From: Eledone cirrhosa
Taxonomy: Eukaryota
Length of the DNA: 64,000 bases
NCBI GenBank assembly: GCA_964016885.1
Contig: OZ024743.1
Span: 29,822,001 to 29,886,000 of the forward strand
Direction of reading: 5' to 3'
The notes under the pieces are model-generated. The model ran no database searches and was not told the origin of the DNA. It saw only the letters and a program-made list of their open reading frames with translations. A program made the translations under genes and the position numbers. Positions 13,457 through 24,929 of the stretch are shown here, piece by piece. The stretch's first letter is position 1. Every line of letters starts with the position of its first letter.

Positions 13457-13572
13457 GCGTAAGGATGAAAGGCCGATGTTTACTTTGCCTTTCATCCTTA
13501 CGGGATCGATAAAATAAATACCAGTAATGCACTGAGATAATTGCTGGCCTTGTGCCAAAAGCAGAAACAATT
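13457..13572 (+). mobile_element. 5'-truncated S1 SINE with a short 5' inversion
   Basis: CGTAAGGATGAAAGGC precedes its complement GCCTTTCATCCTTACG. Confidence 0.75.
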
Positions 13573-14298
13573 ATTTCAAAACATTTCAATTTGATTGTCT
13601 ATCATGATTGAAAGAAATAGTGTTCGTAGTACTTGATCAACAATTATATATTTCAACTATTTTTCATTTTCTGTAGTAATGAGGCCATAAACAGCAGGAA
13701 AACTAATGATTATGTTCTTTATTAATACATTGTGTTAACATTTAGTTATCTATACATAAACTAAATATTATAATCGTAACTACGTTTACAGGGCCAAAAC
13801 AATTTTTAGTGACATCATTGTTTTATTTACGTTTATAATTTCCTTTTGTTCTGGCATACATTATTGCGCTTTTCACCCTCGCATTCTCTGTTACTTATTC
13901 ACATTTAAAGAATTAAAGTAAGGAATGTTAGGCGTGGTGCCCAAGTTCAAATCTATGCCAGTAGATAATTATAAACGGTTGACTACCATATGGCAAGATT
14001 TCATTAAACGTATTAAAAGTACTGACCCACGAATCATTCAACCATTTTAAAAGAAAATAAATCTTAAAACCAAAAATCACTATGTTAAAGATAACAAATA
14101 GTACACAAGTGAGACATGTGCCCAAAACATTCCTTTTCTTGAACAAAAACAAACATACAATGTACCATTGTTTTTTGACAGCTCTTTAGCAATGTGCCAG
14201 ATTAACCGAAAGCATTTATGCATAGAAATCTTGAAAATGAAACTTTCTATATTTTATTTAGGGAAACAATTTTAACATGGAAATTGAAAAGTGTTGAG

Positions 14299-14722
14299 AT
14301 ATATTTCAAGGGTATCAACATTTTGGTACGCTACCATCAGATAAAATACAAAATATGTTTTATAAATTTTGACATAACCAAGGAGAATATACCTTAAAGG
14401 TTCAAGTTTTCCTTGGATAGTTTTCCTTGAACAGTTTTCCTTGGATAGACTATCCAAGGAAAACTTGAACCGTTAAGGTATATTCTCCTTGGTTATGTCA
14501 AAATTTATAAAAAGTACTTCGTATTTTATCTGATGATAGCGTACCAAAATGTTGGTACCCTTGAAATATATATGATATAATAAATATGGTTTTATAAATA
14601 TAGTTTCCATTTATTTAATATCATTGTATATTATACTCCAGAAAACTTGTCGAGTGCTCTGAATCAGTTATAAACATTTATATTTGTTGAATTACCAACA
14701 AATTGAATATCCCTTCTGCTTA
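14299..14722 (+). mobile_element. Family H1 hammerhead terminal repeat as hairpin (arms ~14299-14420 / 14450-14572) plus tail
   Basis: Inverted repeat; hammerhead at 14522-14585; homologous to 22719-22955, 38653-38872 and 62496-62918. Confidence 0.85.
14522..14585 (+). ncRNA. Minimal type I hammerhead (H1)
   Basis: TTTTAT CTGATGA TAGCGTACCA..TGGTACCCTT GAAA TATATA; 3' side slightly decayed. Confidence 0.65.
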
Positions 14723-14904
14723 TATATACACACATATATATATATATACATTCTAATAAATGTATTCCGAAGTTTTAATACCATCATTGTTCTTGTGCAT
14801 TTTCCACAGTCTCCTCTGTATATTAGGGCAGTGCGTGGATCAATAAATATTGAAGCCATAAATATTAAAGAATATGCATATAAGCCCATATAAAGAGGTA
14901 ACCA

Positions 14905-14942
<38 letters not shown>

Positions 14943-15977
14943 GGCTATGTATTCACCCCCTTCATATATATATATGCCTGTGTAGGTGGGTGGGTGTATG
15001 TATGTTTCTGTGTACTGACTCTCTTTCTCCAACTTCAACTGACAATGCGTTTATTATTATTAGCTTACACAAATTGTGATTGTGTACTACTAGCTCCTAA
15101 TTAACGGCATTAATAGTTCTGATAACTCTTTTGACATGAAGTACTCCAGATCCTCTTGTAAGCGAAAATTCGTTCCATAAATATGTTAGTATCAATACTT
15201 TGTTTTTTTACTACACATTTCTACAAATTTGATACTTGACGACCCAATAATAAAAAGCTAAAGCAGAAACTATCCACTGCAATACATTTATGGATACCTA
15301 AATATGGAATGTTACGTAGAACACGATTGTTAGTACTTTATCTATTTTATTTGAGAATTAACATTTATTTAATGAAAGGTGATATTTCTCTCATATTTAA
15401 TTTATCATATCAGATTCTATTGATATTATAACTTATGGTTTCAAACCATAGGACTTAGTAATCCATCTTAAGTAAAACATATGATTCATACAGAGCATAA
15501 TAAAATAGTATTGTGCTATAGAATAAAAACCCGATGGGTTAGGAAAAACTGCATGCCATATTTGAAATCACCATCTCAAAATTAGCTAAAAAGAACAACA
15601 AAACCTTATTGAAGAAACAACACCACGCGTTCGGCCGCCGGGCCCTGTATCATGAAAAGAAAATCAATTTTTCGGGGAAATTATTAGATTTTCTAAATTT
15701 AAAGATTTTCTAGGAACTTTCTATGTTTAGTTTAGGTTTTGCCTCTGAAGAGCTCTGACTATCATAATTAATAGACCTCAGTGAAATATGTATAAATGAG
15801 TTTTAAATAAACCTGAATCCACTGAATATGTCCTCCGATATTTTATTAATATGTAATGCTCCGTCTTGCACCATTTATACAGGTCGTTGGGCGCATCTTT
15901 TTATGTGCTTCACAAACGACAGACCACGGTGTGATCCACACATCCCTGTTCTGCTAAACCCTTACCCCCCTCTCTCT

Positions 15978-16025
<48 letters not shown>

Positions 16026-16442
16026 GTATGTATGTATGCGTGTATGCGTGTGTATGTGTATCTATATGTATGTGTATATATGCGTGTGTATGTGTTGTGT
16101 GTATAAATCGCCATATAAGTAGATAGATCTTCTACAGATTTATATATGTTACACATTTTACTTTTCCAAACCAGGCTCTGAATTACTGTAGGCATCGTGG
16201 GTTTATTCAAAGTCTTCTTACTGAAGACTGGATTTCTATTTCATTTTGGTTTTGTAATATTTTATCTATAGTAGCAAACGGTATAGATTTGCTTTTTACT
16301 TTGTTTCAATATGTTAGTCGTCTCTTCTAAAAGTACACGTGCTATGTGTATACATTTTAAATATATTTGATTTTTCAATGTGTCCAAAATCTTCTTGTAT
16401 TCTCTCTAATGTATCGTTCTTTTATCTATCACTGATTAGACT

Positions 16443-16630
16443 GTGTGGATTGGCAGTATCAGTAGAGGGTCGGACGCCATGCTTTCACGCAAAGAGTTAC
16501 GTCCCTTTATAATCTGAGTTCAAATCCCGCCGAGGTTAACTTTGCCTTTCATGCTTACGGGGTCGATAAAATAAAGTACCAGTAATGTACTGGCTAATTT
16601 TTGGCTTTGTGACAAAAGTAGAAACAATTA
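16443..16630 (+). mobile_element. Near full-length S1 tRNA-derived SINE
   Basis: TTGGCAGTATCAGTAGA head, GAGTTCAAATCCC B-box, shared core. Confidence 0.85.
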
Positions 16631-17182
16631 TATGTTATTTTTTTATTTTTTTAGTGCATCGTATATGAAGATCTTAAATGTTTTCTCATTAAATATTACA
16701 GTACATCACCAATATTTTATACCTGTCTTGAGCAGTCATTTCTTGTTCCTACATTTAAAGCTATATATGTGTTAATGCATATATAGAAGACATATACATA
16801 CTTAATATTTACAAGTATTCATAATGAAGAGAACTATTAACTGCACTAAAAAGAAAAAAAAATTGCCAACAGTAAGACGCCATTGAATACAAATTAAATC
16901 TAACAGACTGAAATTCAGTAGCGAAAACATTTATTGGTGTAGTTTAGGACTAAGATCTTCCTCGGAAATAGAGGGAGATTGAAATAAATAAATAATCGTA
17001 AACCAAGGGAAGATTAAGGACATTAGATATAGACGAATAGCCGACGTGGAAAAACCTGGCTAACATGGCTAGTAACTAATTAGAAGTAGGAAAACAACGA
17101 CAATTATTATTCAGCGAACGAAGAGCGAATGGGAGAGGCGTATATATATTTGAATGTGCATGGGTGGCTATAAAGTGACTTT

Positions 17183-17295
<113 letters not shown>

Positions 17296-18879
17296 TATGT
17301 CCAGACAGTGGTTCTAGACGTGTGTGCGACAGTGTGTCGACGAGGGTATTTATTTGTTGAATATCTTGCTTGTGTACTGTAAGGTATAACAGTGTACAAA
17401 TATGTGAACTATTGCCGTCATTGCACGTATACTATTCGTGTGATTGTATATGTGTATATTTGTGTGTGATATATCTGTTAGCTGCCAGTATGAATCCTTG
17501 TTAGTGTGTCATTGGTATGCTTGTGTATGTATAATGTTGTTTGAGCGAAAGTTTAAACGGGTAGGTTGTTTTCTGTACTAAATGTGGACGGATATCTGCC
17601 TGTCATATTTTGTTTGGAATTAAGCCATTAGTATCATTGACCACATACAGTAGCAACTAATAACTTCCTACTAAGTAGACTTTGGTTTCAGTTTGAATTA
17701 AATCGATATATCAACTTTTCCATACGTTTATAATTTGATGTGAAGCAGAATACAATACAGTGGTACAAAATACAACACAATACAACCTATGATGTGGTTC
17801 TTTAAGACTTTTTCTAAAATTTCAATACGATCACACTTAAAGAAGACAACCCAGTGATTAGTTTGCGTAGAATCATCCGTTTAATTCAATGAAATCAAGT
17901 TTAACTATGTTAGTCTTACACAGTGAAAGTCTGAAAATCTAGCAAGTGTAAAGTATTGTTTGCCATTAAATACATTCACAAAAAATGAAAATATCATGTG
18001 AAAATGGTTGGAAAATTCCATTGAAACTGGGAACTGCAACGTATTCATTTGTTGAAAATATATGAAAAGTAAAATGTAAACGACAGGAATTTAAACTGTT
18101 AATATTCAAAATGTTACAAAAGCTCTTCGGCATTGTAACACGAGACAAGGTGAAATACATAAATGTAAAATAGCTGAAGAGAATTTCGAACTATGAGTAA
18201 TAGAATGGGAATATCTGTCTCTTTGAAAGGCTGCTAAAAAGCAAAGTAATATGTTCAAATTGTTGAGATTCAATGAATTAAACAAATAATATTGAAGAAA
18301 TGAGATAATTATATGAATTACGCTAGCGGGTGAATTTGAAAAAAAAAAATATTTTTTCTTTATTATTTGGTGAAATACTATTTGCGAAAAAATTGTAAGC
18401 ATGAGTTTCAAGAGAACTTTCCAAATGAATTACTCATACAACAGTCCTCATGCAAAAAACATTCATAAATACAAGCACTCACTTTCATATGAGTGAATCC
18501 AGCAACACTTGCATACATAAAGAGAACTTTATACTTGCTAAGTATATGTAAAATTGTAGCTGAAGACAGAAAAGTAATGAATTCGTAGCCTACTTCTCTA
18601 TGTTGACTATATAATAAGCAAGGAGATTGTCTCCGAAAAGTTCGTGATTATGTAAAATATGAATGTTACAAGAGTCAAAATAATGGAAAATAGCTAAACT
18701 TCCCAATGTTTTTTGAATCTTCATACATAACATAGCGTTAGAAAATTCAGGGATGTAGCCTTCCTAATGCATCTATATCAATATGTTCTGAAATGGTCTT
18801 TAGTTAGCATATAACTACCATAGATATTGACATATTAAATTAAGAGAACACATACTCACACATATTCATATTTATATAT

Positions 18880-18993
<114 letters not shown>

Positions 18994-19029
18994 CCACACA
19001 CACACACACAGACACACACAGACACACAC

Positions 19030-19069
<40 letters not shown>

Positions 19070-19073
<4 letters not shown>

Positions 19074-19168
19074 TAAAATAACAGATTAATCTAGGGTTCT
19101 CATATATTTGATATATATTTATCCTTATCGAGCACTCTTTGGATTTTAGTCTTCACGTATATTATTAT

Positions 19169-19172
<4 letters not shown>
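19070..19172 (+). mobile_element. F4 mini: ~19-nt inverted arm + tail
   Basis: TATTAAAATAACAGATTAA is the complement of about 8076-8094; remainder matches 8109-8187. Confidence 0.7.
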
Positions 19173-19218
<46 letters not shown>

Positions 19219-19223
<5 letters not shown>

Positions 19224-19382
19224 AAAAAGTATGACCCCGACGGAGTCCAGAAATAGCCGTCGAAACGGCTTCAGCTCTGCCGCCGTGGTCATACGTTTTC
19301 CTATTACACACTCTACTACCCTAAGTATTGAGTACTCTGGTGCGTTATGGTCCACCTGGTTCCTTAGCACAATTCCTTCGTT
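19219..19382 (+). mobile_element. Short inverted-arm + tail insertion related to F1
   Basis: TAGGAAAAAGTATGACC...GGTCATACGTTTTCCTA inverted pair; tail has GTATTGAGTAC as at 241. Confidence 0.55.
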
Positions 19383-19471
19383 ATATATATATATATATAA
19401 AGAAAAAGAGATGAAATCGAAAATGCAACTGGAGTCTTATTTAAAAAAATAATATATATATATATTTGGTT

Positions 19472-19509
19472 CCTTTACCGGTTTCGCAGTTCTTCTGCTT
19501 TTCAAAAGG
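19472..19509 (-). ncRNA. Hammerhead, U3:A8 variant (F2)
   Basis: Reverse complement of 20273-20310. Confidence 0.75.
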
Positions 19510-19682
19510 TGACTTGAGATGGAGGGTCTGTGGGTTTTTCTCACATCTGGTTGGTCTCTGAATGTTACTTGTTTTATATGGAAAAAGTGGCTCGAAATGC
19601 CAGGTTTTACGAGAAGCAATTTCAAATCATGTTTATTAAAAAAAAGCCTTCGTGAGCCACCTTTTTTTAAAGTAAAGAAATT

Positions 19683-19743
<61 letters not shown>

Positions 19744-20272
19744 GCGCACACACACAAGCACACAAATAAACTCACATATCTTTACTTTCTTTATTCAATA
19801 GAAAATCTGAATTCTGACACCCCAGCGAACTAACCATATTCACTGAACCAGAACAATCCTCCCATCCCTTTCTCTTGACCATTATCTTTCACTTATCAAA
19901 AGATTCTCTAAAAAGGCTACAGAATGGATTTCCAAATAAGGGCACAAAAATTTAATGAAAATTTGTTCACGTGACAGCCATAATTTCATTTATAACCAAC
20001 CCCCCCAAAAAAGCCTTCGTGAGCCTCCTTTTTTCAAGTAAAAAGAAATTCAAACACTCATATATGAAAAAACAACCTGTGACACCCCCCCCCTCTTATT
20101 TGAAGAACTATTGTAACGCGAACTGGCGCGAAATTTATTATAATTATTGACAAACCAATCAAATTACTTCTCGAAATACCTGGCATTTCGAGCCACTTTT
20201 TCCATACAAAACAAGTAACATTCAGAGACCAACCAGATGTGAGAAAAACCACAGACCCTCCATCTCAACTCA

Positions 20273-20310
20273 CCTTTTGAAAAGCAGAAGAACTGCGAAA
20301 CCGGTAAAGG
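20273..20310 (+). ncRNA. Hammerhead, U3:A8 variant (F2)
   Basis: CCTT TTGAAAA GCAG-AAGAA-CTGC GAAA CCGG TA AAGG. Confidence 0.75.
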
Positions 20311-20441
20311 AACCAAATAAGTATATATATTTAAAAAGAAAATAAGACTCCAGTTGCATTTTCGATTTCATCTCTTTTTCTTTATACTTTCACTCGTGTA
20401 GGACACCTCGGTTATTTTTCATTTTGTAAAAAAAACCTCAC

Positions 20442-20511
<70 letters not shown>

Positions 20512-20689
20512 GTATATAGTTAATGTTTTCTTCCAGCACAATGAGAAGTCTATGACAATCTACATGCATTCAGATTGAAAGCAGTACCATGTGCTTGATG
20601 TCTGTCTTTGTGTGTAGGTGTGATTAGCGAGAAATCTGCGATATCAACGTTATGAATACACACGAGACGATATAAAACATCCATTCATG

Positions 20690-22170
20690 ATACTTCTTCC
20701 GTTGTTATTTTTGTTTAATGAAAATGAGGAGAATGTTTAGGTGCTAATTAATGAAAAGAAGGCAGCGATGATGAGGACGCTTGGAGGAGGTCAAGTAGCT
20801 AGAAGGAATGAAACAGTTGATGGAGGTGAATGGAACTTATAGCGCAAGCTCTGTAGCATGCAAAATACTGCCGATGAAATTGAGGCTGCGGCTGATGCCG
20901 AAATTATGACTCTACTTTACAGCTAATTATGTGTTGTCTATGTACACCATTCATCCCAAATTGCCCTTCTGAAAACTTATAATGGCACCGCATTGCTTAC
21001 AGACGCAAAGGAAATGCTTTTGTGGTGGAGGTAAAACTTTAATGAACTTTTAAATATACCTCGCAGGTCAACGAGAAGTTTACTGATTCAATTCCAAATC
21101 GACCTACAATGATGTGTGTACTAGCAAAAATCTGACATCGGAAGAAATAGAAGTGACTGCAAAACAACTTAATAATGGAGGGTCGCTCAAGACAGGCGGT
21201 ACTTGTACTGAGGTACTGAAATATGGCAGTCGAAACACTCTTTGACTTTTCATAATCCTCATAATCCTGATATGTAAGGTTCGGGTAGAAGAAATTATCC
21301 CCGAAATTTGCAAGATGCTTTGATGATGGTGTCTTGTAAAGGAAACCGTGCAAAGGATGAGTGTGGTAATTTGCATGGGATAGCCTTTCAATCAGAAGAG
21401 GGATAAGTTTAGTATAGGATCATGCTAGACAGATTGCTTGATTATATCACTAGGTACGTGCATTAAAAGTCGCATTGGGGTTTTAGAAGTCGTAAGGGAA
21501 AAACAGATATTATCTTCTCTGTGAGGCAGCTACAAGAGTGGTGTTTAAGAGGGCAACGGTTTAAATCATATCTTAGTTGAATTGACAAAAGCTTTTGATA
21601 CGGTGAATAGAGGGGGCCTCCTGGAAGATACTGACTAAATTCTGTTGTCCTGATACGGTCATATCAGCTCTGAGGGGTTTTCAGGATATAATGCAAGCTT
21701 TTATCAAGATACATGCACATGTATCAGATCCTACTTTTGTAGATAATGTGGTAAAACAAATGCATATACGAGCATCTACCATGTTTGCAATATATTTATC
21801 TATGGTTATTTTATGGTTTGTGAGGACAGCTCACATATAATTTCTAGCAGGTATAATATGGAAAAGTTGTTTAACATTACGAGATCTACTGCTAAATGAA
21901 ATGTGTTTACTTCTTCAATAACACAATTTTGTATGCAAATGATCCTGTTGCTCATTCTCAGCGTGATCTTCCACACTAGAGCAATGATTTCTCGGCATGC
22001 AGTACGTTGAGCCTGAAAATCAGTTTGGCGAAAACTATTGTCTAATATCAATCTGCTCACGGAACATTTATATTTAATTAAGATATTGAAAGTTGTGGAT
22101 AAATTTGTTTATTTATGCAGCAGAGGTAAGATGACAAACATCGGTAATGAAGAAATATATTCCTGAATAC
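20690..22170 (+). mobile_element. Heavily decayed RTE (BovB-like) LINE RT remnant
   Basis: Hand translation gives IIFSVRQLQE (~21510), LTKAFDTVNR (~21582), VVKQ..ASTMF (~21750), LYAND (~21929) in the expected order. Confidence 0.7.
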
Positions 22171-22678
22171 ATCAACCCCACAAACAAAAAGAAAAACAAG
22201 CATTAAAAGAGAACATAACGGAAAAGAATAACAAAAGTATATATTGATCTATATAACAAATATGTTATATTGATTTCTCATGAGACAATGAAGAATCACG
22301 TGTATATATATATATGGTTGACCGCACAATATTGCAAGTCAAAACAAGATCACTAGCAAATTCCTTTCTTTCTTTGTGCTAACGAATTTCTCGCATTTCT
22401 TGAACAAATACACCAGGGATAATACCTTACTCTCAAGAGACAGTTCTGATGAGCTTTGATGAATCAACATAGATAATCAGACAGACATAGATATAAAGAA
22501 AGTGGTAGTTCTATATTGTCTATGTATGTGTAGGCTCCTTTGGATAATAATCTATTCCCATAACAATGATGGTGAATGTATCGTGGGATATAATGCGAGC
22601 TTCTTATACACAAACACTCGGTCACACGCACATACCCTTATTTATATTTCTGCATTTGTACTCATATATGTATGTGGA

Positions 22679-22718
<40 letters not shown>

Positions 22719-22722
<4 letters not shown>

Positions 22723-22955
22723 TAGAAGTTGTATTTAATTTGTTAGAAGTCCGACAAACATAAATGTTTATAACTGATTTAGAGCCCACAACAAGTTACT
22801 GGAGTAAATATTCAATGATATTAAATAAATGTAAACTATATTTATAAAACCATATTTATTTTATTATATATATTTCAAGGGCAACCAAGACAACATTGGT
22901 ACGCTTTCATCAGATAAAATACAAAGTTTCTTTATCGGTTGGAAATTCACTGGAT
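22719..22955 (-). mobile_element. H1 terminal repeat with hammerhead at 22857-22921
   Basis: Reverse complement of about 62715-62918. Confidence 0.8.
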
Positions 22956-23639
22956 AGTGGAAATATATTAGGGATTATTTAAACTTATGCGTGAATATGC
23001 AAATGAATATGTAAATAATTGAAAAACAACGGAGAAAGAGAGAGAGAAAAAATAATATTACGAGAGAAGAAATTAACAAGAGGATGGATTCAACTCATAT
23101 AACTTTAATTTGGGGGAATATATTCTAAGTATATATCTAATGGTACGTGTATTTACGATTAATTAGTTGTTAAAATTATTTTCTAATATAATATTTACTG
23201 TTATAAGTAGATAGAAAAATAAATAGAGAGAAAAATAGGTAGAAAAATAAATAAATAAATAAATAAATAAATAGATATATAGATAAATAGATAAATAGAT
23301 AAATAGATACATAAATGCATAGTTGTGTATATCGTGTTATAGATAATTGTTTTAATGAGTTATGAGGGATATTGGTTTTGTATTTAATGTAAATAAATAT
23401 TAAGTTAAATTAAATTAAGTTAACTGAGTTAATAAGAATATTTATATTTATATATTTTAGCATTTATATATTTTAACATACAGAAAAAAATACAATTTTG
23501 TTTATTTATTTGTTAGTATGAGACTATTTTGTCAAAATAAGTATAAATGATTAAAGATATATTTAGTAAGAATTAGTTAGTGGTTATAAATCTAATAAAA
23601 GATATTGAAAAAATATTAAAAATTCGGGAAACATTTTTT

Positions 23640-24560
23640 AATAATCCTAGATCTATCAAGAACACTATTGTCAATTCTATCCAACAACGTATTTCACGCA
23701 TCTCCGCTAATAAAACTAGTTTTGACGATAAGGCAGAATATTATAATGAAGCTTTAAATAGAGCAGGCTATATAAATAAGATTAAATACATCGACAACAG
23801 TGATAAGGCAAATAACCCTTACTATTAATTATAATTACAATACAAAATCTAACTTAAGTTCTAAAATTAACAGAAGAAATAGAACTAGAAATATTATTTG
23901 GTACTCACCCCCATTATCATTAAGCGCTAAAACACCTTTAGCAAAGCTATTCTTTGAAGCAATAGATAAATGTTTTCCTAAAGCCCATAGATACCACTCA
24001 ATCTTTAGCAGACATAATATAAAACTATCTTACTCCACTCCTATGAATATATAAATAGAATCAATAATAGAAATTTAAATCATAACCAGAATAGCAGTAA
24101 TATCTCTAGCAATATCCAACATAATAGTACCGTTCTGAATAACAACAACTCCGGAAAATGTAACTGTGGAATTAAATTAAACTGTCCTTTACAAAATAAG
24201 TGTTTAGATAAAAACGTGGTCTATAAATGTACAGTCGAAAGTAGTGATATTATATTTAACTATGTAGGTTACTCTACAGACTTTAAAATTCGCTGGAATA
24301 ATCACAAATGCTCTTTCCAAAGATTTGATAAAAAATCTTCAACTTCTCTTTCAAACCTGATATGGAACTTAAAATGCAAAAATATGGACTATTCTTTAAC
24401 TTGGGAAATAATTTCGAAAGCACCCGCATACCGAAACACAGCTTTATCTAGATTTTGCAAATTGTGTGTTGAGGGAATTTGTTTCATACTAAATGTAAGA
24501 ACTCTATTAATATAACGAATTTATTTAGTTCTTGTAGACATCGCCTTAATTCAACATTTA
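23640..24560 (+). pseudogene. Penelope-like element remnant: RT thumb, linker and GIY-YIG endonuclease (probably Naiad-type)
   Basis: QRISRISAN..YNEALNRAGY; NIIWYSPP..FPKAHRYHSIFSRHNIKLSYS; CNC-x5-CPL-x3-C; VVYKC..YVG..FKIRWNNHK..CKLC. Confidence 0.85.
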
Positions 24561-24886
24561 GAAATATATATGAATTATAATTACACTTATACTATTTCTA
24601 CTTATTTCCATAACAATCTTATCCACTTGGTTTTAATATATTGATATCTCTGAACATATCTATAGCATTTGCTATAATTTCACTTCTTAAAGTTTCTTAA
24701 AATATATACATATATAGTTCTAATTTTTTAAATTTTAATTTTAATTTTAATTGTAATTTTAATCTTAATAATTTTTAATTCTTTATTTTTTATTTCTTTA
24801 ATTTTTTATCTATTTTTAAAAATTACTTATACTTTTAATTATTTAAAAAAAATTATTTATCTCTTATAAATTATTTTTTTAATAAT

Positions 24887-24926
<40 letters not shown>

Positions 24927-24929
24927 TAT

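Larger units (their letters stand above)
19398..20448 (+). mobile_element. Family F2 insertion: inverted arm 19398-19620, direct copy to 20385, ~60-nt tail, in (TA)n
   Basis: Arms are near-identical reverse complements; tail matches 37020-37083. Confidence 0.85.
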
